Source: Selaginella moellendorffii
Lineage: Eukaryota > Plantae > Lycopodiophyta
Direction of reading: 5' to 3'
NCBI RefSeq assembly: GCF_000143415.4
Contig: NW_003314262.1
Coordinates: 3,293,256 to 3,357,255 of the forward strand
DNA length: 64,000 bases
A program made the position numbers and the translations under genes. The notes under the pieces were generated by a model. It had not been told where the DNA came from. It did not search any database and worked only from the letters and a program-made list of their open reading frames with translations. Every line of letters starts with the position of its first letter. The first letter of the stretch is position 1. Positions 24,381-37,200 of this stretch are shown one piece after another.

Positions 24381-26867
24381 TATGCTTCATATTTGGTCCT
24401 ATTAGCTATTTATGAAAAGTGTTCAAATTTGTAAGTTGAGCATATCTACAGAATGTAGAGATTGTCCTGAATATGATGGTGTTTTTCTTGCATTCAAATT
24501 TGTAATCTAACACTATTCCATATTTAATAAGTTTTTGTGATTATCCCAAAGACTAACTCATGGGATTGGTGGGATTTGAGTGAAAGTGTTTTGCTTGGGG
24601 GTGGGGGTTGGAAGGGGGTTTAAATGTATAGTAAGGATAGTAAGTATGTTGGGCATGGAAGATCAATCTAAAGTATAGTGTAATTTTTGTTTCCCGTTTG
24701 TGTGTTAGTCTTTATTCTACATTTGGCTTAGGTCCAAGCCTAAACTCCATACTCTACTAGTTAGTGGAATACCTATATCCTCATATTAGACTTATTGAAA
24801 TAGCATTAGGTTTTGTTATGCGTATCGCATAATAAGATGGTAAATGCTTTAGGACTTTTCTAATATCACTCTATGCTCCTACCCTTCACTCCTTGGGTGT
24901 ATGCTCGGGAGTTGTACCATGCTTTGGTTCTTTCACTATTTGGCTAAATGCTCAGAAGTTTAGCTCCATCCCTTTGTTTAGTGGCCCAAAACTTTAAAAC
25001 TCAAGTTCCACTCTGTTGCTTTTGGCCCATGTGTTTAAGGGATGTTTCATTCTGTGGTTATTCTATAATTAATCACTATAGGGTAAAGGGTGAAAGTTAC
25101 GTGCACTATATTTAGTATCAAAGAATGAGTCTCAACGAATACTATCCAATGTGAGTGGATAATTAATCTTATTATATACATAGAGATGATAATGATGACC
25201 TGAGTGGGTATACATTTGGTCACTATGGCTTTGCATGCATCCCTTGGGTATAGAATTTAGTTACTTTTTCATACTAGATTATATAAGCTTTCGCTTGGGC
25301 TCAAAAAATAGATATGAAATGTACCGTCTATATGAGTTTGAGCATAGGCTTATAAATGAGGCATATTAGAAACTTAAGGTTATGCTTTGAGTTGGCAAGA
25401 TTAATGTTTGCCTATCGATTGTTATCATGAGTTATTTCAGATTACCATGGTTAAAAATAAACCTCCTATAAGTTTGTTATGAGTGGTGAATAAACTAGTC
25501 CATATCTATTTAGCATCACACTAGTGGATCCTTTCTAGGCATAATCATGAATAGATCAAATAAACTGTAGAGATAATCTATTAGTTCAAGTAGTCATTAT
25601 TGTGCTCCTTCATAAACTTTTCTTAGACTGGATTGAAGGCAATACAAATGCAAACTTGAGGCTTAGTCAAAATTTAGACCAAAAAGAAAATCATTAGGGA
25701 CAAAAGATTAAATATGTAAATCATCTTTTTTTTCTTCAAGAGATGATTTACAAGAAAGTGTGATCTTATTGCTAGTGTTCAAATTATGCAACTGGAAGTC
25801 TTCATTTAGATGTATGTTAGTTATAATGGTCTTACAAGTGATGAGTTGTTAGTGGATAGTGATGAAGTGCTAAATCAATTGGTCCAGGTTTAATATTGAG
25901 CCTTGAGTTACAATCTCAATTCTTTTCTAAAGAATTTTACTATTATTCTTTAAGTACCTTGGTGTTTGATTAATTTTGAGTTTCATCAGAAAGAGGGTGA
26001 CATAAATTTATCTATATTGTAAACAAAGTTGGTGGTATTAAGTATTATAAATCTCTTCGATGGAATATGGCATTTATATTACATTTTATAAAATTAAGTT
26101 GACACTTGATACTCACATAAACCTTAGAGTACTGATATGGGTGTTATTTGTAATGTTACTCAATTGATGATAAGGTTATTGTGATGTTTATATCATATCT
26201 TAGTATTTATGAGGTATGTGTTTATGAAATTGTTTGATCAAATAATGATCAACCCTAAAGTGGTTGATAAAGATGTTAGTCTACTTGCATATAGTAACAT
26301 TGTAGCTAAGTTAACGTTATCATATTGAAACTTGAAATTGATTGAAGAAGAGTGTTAATGCAATATGGATATTTGAAGATATGGTCATTGTCATTGAGTT
26401 TTGGGTATTCATTTTAGCATTTACGGATATTGGTGTTGGATGTCAGTTATGTGGGTATATGTTGAATGCTTATACATGTTGTTGAGTCATAAGAATTTAT
26501 GTTAAAGTGAACCAAGTTGCAGATAGGAAAAAGTTAGTTGAGTCTTAAAAGTTTACATTTCTAGATTGAGAGTTATTTTTTGTCTAGGATGGAAAACTTT
26601 TTATAAAGTTTCTTAGATTTTTCTAGTGGTTGATTTGTTAATCATTTTGCCCGAAAACCATTTTATTTTTAATAGCCATTACAAATTGGTGAAGTGGTTT
26701 AAATTAACTTTGGTTAACTTACAGCTTAATTGGTAATTTGTATGATGCAACTAAAAGGAATGCTAACTTTTAAGGTTAAGACAATTGAATTTGGAGTTGC
26801 CATAGAAAATTAGCTGTTGTGCTTTCTTAAAGAGGTGACCCTTCTATTTTTCTTCTGTAGCATCATG

Positions 26868-27770
26868 TGTTGCAAATGTGACTTTAGGTACTTGTTAGCC
26901 AGTCTTTACAAACACTCTTTCCTTACTGCCATGACGGCAAAAGGTCGGTACAGTTGGTTCCCTCTATCATTCCCACTTAAGCTAGTTGAGAAATTGGTTA
27001 ATGACTGTGTACTTAAATTGGATAAACATAAAGTAGGAACCTTATGTATTTTTTGTTAAGTATACTCGGCCTAGTTTGAGAAACTCCTGTCATTGGCTTG
27101 CACTTGCTAGTATCAAGAACCCCCGCGTATTGAGACTAGTCCCTCAATATCGCTGAATGATAGCTTACTATATTTGCCAAACACCTTCGCTATCATGCTT
27201 TTTATGTTGGTCTTGTTTCAATTCCAAATGCTATTTATGGAAAGTGTCTAGATTCGCTCATTTGGCATATCTACGGAATGTAGAGGTCGGCCTGAACATA
27301 ATGGTGTTCGTCCTGTGCCTAAATTCGCAATCTAAGGCCATTCTAAATTTAGTAAGTTTCAAACTTGTCCCAGAGACTAACTCCTGGTACTAAGGGAGGC
27401 TTGGGGTGAAAGCCCAAAGCATGTGTTCCTCAACATAGGGGGGCTATGGGGGGTTCCAAATGTATAGTAGGGATAGTGGTTGGAATGCATGTCTGACCAC
27501 CTGAGACATTAGTTTGGCTCCCACTAGGTTGTGTCGTTCCTTGTTCTGCATCTGGCTTGGGTCTAAACCCAAGTCCCACGTTACTCTAGTCGGTGGGGTA
27601 CCCTCCTCTTCGCGTTAGGCCACTAGTATGCCAAAATTGTGCCAGACTTCGTCTGACACCATTTTGCATGCAGGTGCTGGATATGGGGAGCTGGTGCTCG
27701 TGGGATTGTACCGGACTCTTTTTGTAGTGCAACGGGCTTGGAGTTCGGCTCCAAATTCAGGTGCACTACA
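26868..27770 (+). repeat. 5' LTR of Gypsy A
   Basis: TGTTGCAAATGTGAC...GTGCACTACA; similar to 55511-56071. Confidence 0.88.
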
Positions 27771-27772
27771 TT

Positions 27773-27783
27773 TGGTATCAGAG
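27773..27783 (+). promoter_or_regulatory. Primer-binding site (tRNA-iMet type)
   Basis: TGGTATCAGAG two bases after the LTR end. Confidence 0.88.
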
Positions 27784-27943
27784 GAATTGTCTTAACAATT
27801 CCTATCCAACTTTTGTCGGATTTTCTGACTCAAGTTGCATATGCAGAGACTTTTCTAGTAGATCCGACGCGACTTGTGTAGGATTAGTTGGATTGCACCA
27901 TTCGGTAAGAACGTTGTAAGCATGTTCAGTTACTGATAGAGAT

Positions 27944-29828
27944 ATGCATGCAGCTAGCGGGATGGTGAAAAGGAACTGTGTTGATAACGCTACAACCTCT
28001 AGACAGGCGAATCGAGAGGAGGAAACTCCTGCTAGAGATGCTGCAGAAGAGGCTGAGGCTGAGTTAGAAGAGGAAGAGCCAGATGCTATGGCGTTGCAGC
28101 GTATGGCTCAAGAAATTGAGATTGAGAATTTGCGAAGGGAGATTCGCAAATTGAAGAAGGAGAATAAGAAGAGGAAGAAAGAAGCTAAGGTAGCTAAACC
28201 AGCTAAGCCTAAGCAACCAGAATCCTCTTCAAGTTCTGAGGATGATGAAGTTTTGCAGCCGCCCATGGTTGCACGAGTTTCAAAGTTCAAGCCTCCGAAA
28301 CCACCCAATTTCAGAGGCATGCGGGACTATCAGGTTTTGGAAGACTGGGTCTATGATATGGAAAACTATTTCATAACGGCAGGCGTAGATGATCGTACGA
28401 AAGTTGCGTGCGCGCAATCCTTTGTCACTGATCATGCCAAAACTTGGTGGTGCCAGATGTGTGCTGAAAAAAGGCAGACTAGAAGTTGGACCAAGATGTG
28501 GTCTCATATTCGTAAGGAATACTTGGCGGATGATCTTGGTTTGAGACTTTGTGTGGAGCTGTGGCGGTTAAAGCAGCGAGGGGATCTCATGCATTACGTT
28601 AATGCGTTTGCTCAGAAGCGCATTATGATTGCAAATATAAGTGACAAAGATGCTCGAACTTATTTCCTGGAAGGTTTAAGTTCACTTTCTCGCAATGAGA
28701 TTTTGAAGTTTAAGCCGAAGATGTACCTGGAGTGTAAGGAGGCAGTGCAACAAGTTGCCTTTAGTCACTCACTCATGGAACAATATCAGCAACCGTATGC
28801 TGGTAACTTGGACAAGAATAAAAATTCTGGGAATAAACAAGGTGACCGGAAACAGAGGGTGGAAGGTAGGTTCTGCCCTGGAGGCTCACAAACAATAGTT
28901 AACAAAGGTGGTGGTGGTTGAAGACCACCAGCAGCTTCTTCTGGTCCTAGGCCCTTTGTTCCTCCTCCTGGTGGGTACAAGCAGCAGCAACTTGCGAAAC
29001 CTGCTCCTAGCGGAACAAGTAGTTTGGGTCATTACTTTCATTGTGGAGAGTCAGGATATAGGTCCTCGGAATGTCCCAACAAGCATAAGACAAGGTCTCA
29101 TGTTAATGTCATGAGGGAAGATGGTGGTGGTGAAGCCGAGGGGGTTGACGAGTTGGTCAATGAAGACTATGAGGAAGAGGAGGTGAGTTACTTTCGTTGC
29201 TTTCCTCAAGCTTTTTAAGCAGTCAATGCAAACACTGATCCGTTGATGTATTTGGTAGGATTTGTCTGTGGACACCGAATCCGAGTGATGATTGATACGG
29301 GAGCTACGCACAATGTGATATCCAAAGACTTAGTTAAGTTGTTAGGATTGAATGCTGAGCAAATGTCGCCTATGCACTTCCAGTTTGCAAAAGATGGGCA
29401 AGTAGCCAGAAAGTTTGTGAGTGACGTTCCAATAAAGATATCCAAGTGGAAAGAAAGAGTGGACTTGGTAGTGTTGAAAATACCAGATTTTCAGATGGTG
29501 TTTGGTATGGATTTCTTCAACAAGTATATAAAGGGGATTTATGGTGCTAGACAAAGTCGTATTACGTTGAAGTCAGAAGGACGTCCCAATGTGTCCTTTC
29601 AGTTGCAAAAGTGCTCCTCAAAGGATTGGGATGCTAAGTTCCTGACTGCGAGAGCCGCTCAAAAAGTAGCTAAGAAGGGATATCGGACCTTTTGGGTTCA
29701 AGTGATGGAAGTTGAGAGTGTTGGTGACTCAGTTCGAATCAATGACAAGGTTGATCCTATATCAAAGAAGATATTGGAGTTGTTGGTGTAGAATCAGGAT
29801 ATCTTCTCGAAGGATTTGCCATCAAGGC
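27944..29828 (+). pseudogene. gag (with degenerate zinc knuckle) and aspartic protease of Gypsy A, with internal stops
   Basis: KPPNFRG...LEDW...AKTWW...LKQRGDL; HCGESGYRSSECP; MIDTGATHN. Confidence 0.88.
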
Positions 29829-30188
29829 TGTCGCGAATGTGACTTCGGGTATCGAAAGTTACTTGTCGGCCAGTCCTTAGGGCGGGGTTCCATGCTCCAC
29901 CCTGGGGGGAAAATTTCCAAGGGGGAGAAATAAAACCCTAGGTTCCATGCCCCCCCCCCTTGTGACATGGCACCAAAAATGGGGGGGAAGGGGGAAACTC
30001 GGTGTCCCCTCCATAAATTTCTTCTGGAGCCTAGAATCTGGTAACAAATAAAATAATGCCACGTGGCTAAATTGCCACATCATCTAAAAATTTGACCCGC
30101 CCTAATTTTGCCGCCATGTGAGCGTGTGAGTTCTTGGAGGGTTTTAGGGGGGATTTTTGCAGTGATTTGAGAAAGAAGTTTGTAAGAA

Positions 30189-31645
30189 ATGGAGAATCGC
30201 TCACCCTCACCTTATCCATGGTTGCAATTTGGCTTTTATTCTAGTTCATCAATAGCTCAAACTTATGTAAGTATGAAATTTTGTAGTTCTAGAATTTTGC
30301 TTGTTTTTCTTAATGTCCAGGGAGGAAAGGGCTCTTCTTTTAGTGCTAGCATGGGATCTATGCCAAATGCAACCATGATCCAGGTACTTTTCATTTTCTC
30401 TTTTGTTTTTTTCTTTTGTTTAGTAAAATTTTGCAATGGTTTTTAATCTGGCATTCCTACATTCAACCCGATGATTGGATTTGTTCCAAGTATCCCTACA
30501 ATGCAAGCTAACTTCAATTCATCGAGCCAGGTATTTTTTTCCAATTGTTTTTTCCTACTTTGTTTTGAATGCATTTTTGCAACAGCAAGGATTTCATGGT
30601 GGGGGAATTGAAAATTCCTCTTTCACAACTTTATTATCACTACCTCCTCCAGGAACTAGCTCTTTTGATGGAGCAACAAGTATTCCAGAGGTACAATAAA
30701 TATTATTTGTGTTTATTTTTTGATTTCACAACTTGTTTTCCCAAAATGAACCAACTTTGAATGATGAACAAAAAGGAAAATGGTCTACTGATGAAAACAT
30801 GGCTCTTTAGTATGCAAAGAGGATGGAAAAGGAGAAGGATCAAGAAGGCGGTGGCCGTAGAAAATCAATGAAAGGACCAAAGAAGTGGCAACGCATTTCC
30901 AACATCTTACGTTCACAGGGATTTTTTCGCACACAAAAGCAATGTGAGTTACAATGGGATGAGCTTGCAAAATAGTGGAGGCAGATTAGTGATTACGAGA
31001 ATAACATCTCATCAGGGAAACCATCCTACTTTAGTGGTGAGTTTACTACAGGGATGAAGAAGGATGCAAAGCTTCCTCGTGCATTCGATGAAGGCCTCTA
31101 CAATGAGATGTCATTGTGGATGACATGGTCGATAGCTAATGTTCTAGGTAGCCACCGAGTTGATACATCTATGGGTTCTACAATTGCAAATGAGTCACCA
31201 GGCTATGGTAAGTTCATTTAGATTTTTTGATTGACTTATGTTTTTCTTTTTTCCAGAGACAAATGCAACTGCAAATCCAGATCCAGATGTTATATTTGAG
31301 ACACAAGATCCTAGAGATGCTAACGAGGACATTCCAGAAGTACAAGTCGGTGGGAAGAAAGTTTCAATTGCTACAAGGAAAAAATGCAAGTGCACTCCAA
31401 AGGGATCTGATGGTCTTCTTGAGTGAAGTGACGAGCAAAGGAAAGCAATGATGCAAGAACTTCGAGATAGCAACATACAAATGATGGAAAAAATGGAGGC
31501 AACTGATGATCGATGCCACCAAGCTTCAATTGCTGCTGCAGATAGGAGAGTTGCAATGATGTTGCAAGGAACACATATGATGTATGAGGAACTTCAATTG
31601 CTGCGGCAGCCTTTTGTGGAATCAATGGTGACAAAGGAGAAGTAG
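30189..31645 (+). pseudogene. Harbinger Myb/SANT-like (trihelix) ORF1, multi-exon, with stops
   Basis: KWSTDENMAL...KKWQRISNILRSQGFFRTQKQCELQWDEL...WRQISDYE...KLPRAFDEGLY around 30780-31120. Confidence 0.8.
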
Positions 31646-32880
31646 AATTGCAAACTTTGTGTTTTAAAGTTACACTTATTTAACATAGCATTTTAGAGTT
31701 TTGGGGTTTTGCACGTCTTTTTTTCCTCGTGGCTATGGTGTCCCTGTGTGGATCGGTGGCATCCAAGGCCATGAAGCTTGCCAGGGCAGCAGCACTGGTG
31801 TTGGCCAAGAAAGCTGGGACAGGAACGGCAGACAGAGAAGAGGCATGGATTCTGAAGATTACGGTGGAGCGTTGCTGGATCAATCTAGGGTATGCTATTT
31901 CTCATGGAGCAGGGAGCTGTGGAGGTAGTGAAGCATGAGAGGAGGAGCGACTTTAATTGCTGGGAATACTAGGTATTTTTAGATCCTTGGGCGATTGCAT
32001 GTAGGCTCTGCATTTCAATTTCATTTTTGTTCTATTCTTGTAAGTGGACAGCCACAAGCCGATGTGTCACTTGCTAGGGATCTAGAATGGATCTGAAACA
32101 AGAGGCATTTTGAGAAGGACCATGGACAGTTTCGCTATAGCTGGTCCATAATGTCACTGCAGCGCTGGATCGAGAACAGGTACAAATAGAAAAGCAGGAG
32201 AAAGAATTCCTCCATTGTTTTTATACTGCTTATAGGTGGTGATCGCTTGTGATCTTGCTAAAGGAAGTGACCAATGGATGGATTGATCAATCAATCACAA
32301 AGGTATTTATACTCTCGCTCCGCTGGTTTTTCTGGATGAATCATCACTTTGGCTCGTCCACACCACTCACTTTGTTATTAAGCTGACTTCAACCGCCACT
32401 CACTCACTCTCTCATTTTTACAAATCTCTCAGGAAGGAAGATGAAGATGGTAGTAGCATTTTATCCGCTGAAAGCAATAGCGACCAATCAACGCCAGTGG
32501 CGAGTGTTGATTCGGGATCAACAGACAAAAAGAAATTCGCAGATTGAGAATAGGTAAAAACAGAAGAAAGTATTCCTCCATCAATCGGCGAGAGCTTGAC
32601 ATAAACCAGAACAGGTAATAGTTTTGTTTTTGTTCGTTTGTTGCTCCCAGTTTACTGTTTACATTCCAGCACAAGCACCCAGCCTTGATACTGATAATCA
32701 CCAGAGGGAGCTTGACATAAACCATCACATGGAGAGCGCATCGCCATTGTTGTGATCATCGTTCTTCTGAGCTGCTGGTCGACTGTGGCGCAAGTCTCAT
32801 GCAGCAGGATCTTAAAAGAGGATCAACACCAAAACGTTTAGTTTTTGTCACTCTTAAGTAAATAAAGTACAAAAGTATTG

Positions 32881-34215
32881 TCACTCTAAGCTCTCTATAA
32901 ACTTTTCCACTATGTCTCTCAATGCTATGCCATCTTTAGCTGAACGAAGAGACCTTTGTGGAAGGTAGCTTGCATCATGGTTAAATTTGTCGGGGTCAAA
33001 ATCTTCCATGAACTTATTATTCCGTGTGATCATTAAGTTATGTAGCACACAACAGGCCATGATGTTATTTGCAAGGATGCCTGGATGACCTCTGAATCCT
33101 TTCCGAGCTAGCAATTTCCATTGTCTCTTTAAAATTCCAAAAGATTGCTCAACAACAATCCTCGTAAAAGAATGAAGGAAGTTGTACTGCTCTTTGCCAT
33201 GAAACCTGTTTGGATATGGGACCAACACCGGTAAAGCATAGTCATATCCTCCATCTGCAATGATATATTGTGGAATGTCCCCAAACTCTGTGTGGTACAC
33301 TAGACCACATAAACACTTCTTCTCAATCCAAGCCTTCTTCAAACCACTAGAATTCCAAACTCGTCTATCTGGAACACTACCTGCTAACCCTGTTGTTATG
33401 TCAAGGAATGAAATCTTATTGTCTACCACGGCTTGAACTACCATCGAGTATTACTTTTTTGCCCCAGCATACCAATCCATTGCATCCTTTGATCCTGAGA
33501 GCTCGATTGCAATGTGAGTGCAATCCATTGCACCACAACAGTTTGGGAATCCACGCAATCTCTGAAATCCAGTTATAACTTCTTTCATTCCCTCCTCATC
33601 CGGCTAATGGATCATTAGTCCTTCATGCTCAAGCAATGCATACCTGAAACGGCATAGACAAGCTTGGGCAGTGCATGAAGCCACTCCAAATGCATCACCA
33701 ATTGTTCACCACATATCCCCAGATGCTAAACGTTTCAAAGCAATAGCTACTTGCTTTGAAACAGGCAAGTGCTGCCCTGGTATTTCTACCAAACCTAGAG
33801 GAGGCCTCCTGACCAATTTTGGAGCAAGCTTATCACAAAGAAAAGTGAATGTAGATACCGAAACCCGAAAAACTTCTCTGAATCTTTGTGGATCTATATG
33901 AAGAACCTCAAGCTCTGTTTGATACCACTAGTGTAGACTTCTCGACTTGATGTAGTACGCACCGATCGATAACCCTCGGAGCTCCTTTTTAGTGATCACT
34001 CTCTCAACAAATGAAGATGTAGTGGGACATGGCATAGAAAGAACTATAGCAATCACTTCCCCCACCATTTGAATGAACAAGAGTTTTCTTAAAACCGGAA
34101 CTAAAATCATGTCCTCCTCCTCCAGAAAGAACAACTCTACCAAATTTAAGTACCTCATCACAATCCCTACAGCATGGGAAATGATCGCCAAGGAAGAATT
34201 GGTGAGCCGTAGCAT
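32881..34215 (-). pseudogene. Harbinger DDE transposase (DDE_Tnp_4/HARBI1-like), disrupted
   Basis: FREVFRVS, VAIALKRLASGD, GAMDCTHI, GSVPDRRVW, YIIADGGY, RIVVEQSFGILKRQW, ACCVLHN. Confidence 0.9.
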
Positions 34216-37200
34216 GCTGTACGCTCAATTTAGGGCAAACAAAATTGGTGCCCTAATCCTTTATGACGTGGGAAAAAAAATGCTGATGTGTAAACCTACA
34301 TGGCATATAAAGAAGGGGGTTACATGTAACCATTAAAAAAAGGGGGAGGGGAGTTTTTTTTGGAGGGGGGGAGAAATTTTCAGGTAGGTGGAGCATGGAA
34401 CCCCGCCCTTACAGACACTCTTTCCTTACTGCCACGACGGCAGGAGGTCGGTATTGCTGGACCTGTTATCAATTTCCGCCTAAGCTAGTTGAGAAACTGG
34501 TCTTTGTGTGTGCACTTGACCAGATGAGCATAAGGAAGGAATTCCTAAGTGTCTATTTAGTCAAGCATACTTGACCTGGTTAGAGAAACTCATTTGTTGA
34601 CTTGCACTTGCTAGTGTTGAGAACACTCGCAATATTGAGCTTGGTCCCTCAATATTCACTAGATGATAGCTTACCATGTCTGCCAAACACCCTCGCTATC
34701 ATGCCCTTAGCATTAGTCTCAATTTGGTCCCAAAAGTTATTTATGGAAAGTGTCTAGATTTGCTCATTTGGAATATCTACGGGCATGGCGGACCAAACCT
34801 CTTTGTCTAACACGGATGCGCTACCAGCTCAGACACCTTCTGGCCGTCGCCGACAAGGAAATGACCAACAGAGTTAGCCACCCTTGCTGCTCTAGTTGTC
34901 ACCCAGCTTACAAAAGTGTGATATGCCCCTGCCTGCAAGGACATAGAGAGAGAAGCTAGAGGCCCCAACCCTCCTGAGCAAAGAAACCAAACCCGTCAGT
35001 AAAGTTTAGATAGACTATTGTAAATAGGAAATTAGAGTTGTTTACACGGTCATGCCCTTTTAACGGAATAAGGAACATTGAGAGAGAGGCGGGTGATATA
35101 ACCAATCGACAGTAGCTACCCCATGAGTAGAGATTTCACCTTTCACACGAAGTGCCGAAACCAGTTTGCCTATACTGGCCCAAACTCAAAGATCAATAGA
35201 TGGACAATATCAAAATCATAAATAATGATATCTTAGAGATTTAATTATCACTGAATATAGCTTAGATTAGAACACAAAAGTATTCCAAGTAAGTTATCAT
35301 CTGATAAACCAGTTTTAGAGTATAGGAACCACCAAGATCATCATTTTTGGAAAACATAAGATTCACCATCTAACAAAATTCAATAACCAATGTATCATCA
35401 AGAAAACTCAATAATGAAACTTAATTATCAAAGATGGCAGACGGTATGCCAAACAACTTGCCAAAGACAACCAAATAAACACAAAGTATCATTGACTGAC
35501 AAACACAATGCTCGCGAATTTATTACCCAAAGGAAATCCCAACTTATCAGAATTAACTTAAGCAATAATCAACAGAACAGAATGAATGTGGGAAGACCAA
35601 CAAACACTCATTCATGTCAACTATCATAGAAGCAAATCTGAATAGATCCCAATCAACAACACCAAGGAATTCAAATTGCCTAAGCAGGTGTCAGCAACAT
35701 CCTACTGATGTCTCAAACCCAAGAGACTAATCCAGAGCAAACCACAAAGAATATGTGGTATTGCAAAAAGCCATAAGCCATCAAAGAAATAACTGACCAT
35801 TACGAAAGATTATCAATCATCCCATCAATAAAGAAATGCATAATCATCGTTGAAGAAAGAATCTACCATCCCAAAAAACAGCAAATTATTCTATATCAAC
35901 AACAATCAAGCAAAATCTTTGGACACGGATAATCAACTATCCTAGATGATAGTCAATCATTACCAATGATTGCCAGATGCAAAAACCAACTTCAACATTG
36001 AAACTAATGAGCTAAAATGCCTTCCCTAACAACTTCTAACAAATAGAATAACAAGCATAAAACTCAAAGAACCAAAAGCTTGAAGAAGCCTATAGCTAAG
36101 TCTTGCCTAACAATGATCACAAGTCTTGCATGAACTAACTTTAATACTAAAGAAGAAATTATGGTGCAACGCACAATATCCTTCTCAACACATCTATAGC
36201 TAAACTTCATAATGCCAAAGCTAATGAAGTGCATATTTGCATCAATTCAAAAGCTAAGCATAATGGAGCTATGCTCAACAAGTGATCACGAAACGATCAT
36301 CTATAAATCCATCTATAGCAAGACGTAACTCACTTCATAACAAGCATAAGAAGAATCATCAATGATCAATATATCGAATTCAAATCTAATAAGGATTCAA
36401 ATATTTCAATATTGATCACTAACTTTTCATCTTGTAAAGCTAGTATAGTCTATGATTCAATCACTTTTCAAAAAAAAACCAAAGCTCAACCCCTACTAAA
36501 TAATCTCGTCTAGAACACAATTAACTCAAACTTGCCACTCAGTTCATTTGAACGTCAACACAGTTGCTAACTAGCAAATGCACGAATGCTAATAATATAA
36601 AGCTAAAGCCAAATCATCAACACTATCTTCATCCAGATTAATGAAACTTGACATTGATCTTTCAAAGAGATATCTCATTTCACTCGATTCTTAACAACAA
36701 CAATGCCAACGACAAAGCATCACTTCAATGCCATCAACATCAGAACAAAGCTAGAAGAAAACAAGAGTGAATCACCACTTAAAACTCTCTAGCAACCAAG
36801 CTAACCAAAGTCGAAGATACCTTACTCAATATCTGAGACTAGTTCTTTAACAATACTCAACTACAAATAACACTTCCTCAAAGAGTGAATCACTACATCT
36901 AAGACTCAATGAAATCCAACACTATGAACTAAACGCAACCAAATAATATTGACAAAGGAATCGATATGCCAACATGGAAAAGAAACCATGTAAGTCTAAC
37001 TACACGATCCTCTGCAACACCATCCGGTAAAACAAGCCCATCACTACTAAATCATCATCGAGTGAAGCAAGTGTCAACAGTCCTTTGACGAAGTCTACAA
37101 GCAATCACTAGTTGCAAAGCAACTAACAATCACTCTTTCAACTTGCCTTCACAAGTCCCAAACACTAAGCTCACGTCATCGAGTCATACACTTGTCCAAC

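Larger units (their letters stand above)
29880..34408. mobile_element. PIF/Harbinger DNA transposon, 4529 bp
   Basis: Perfect 22-bp TIR GGGCGGGGTTCCATGCTCCACC (29880-29901; 34387-34408) and TTA TSD (29877-29879; 34409-34411); the host LTR rejoins across it. Confidence 0.95.
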
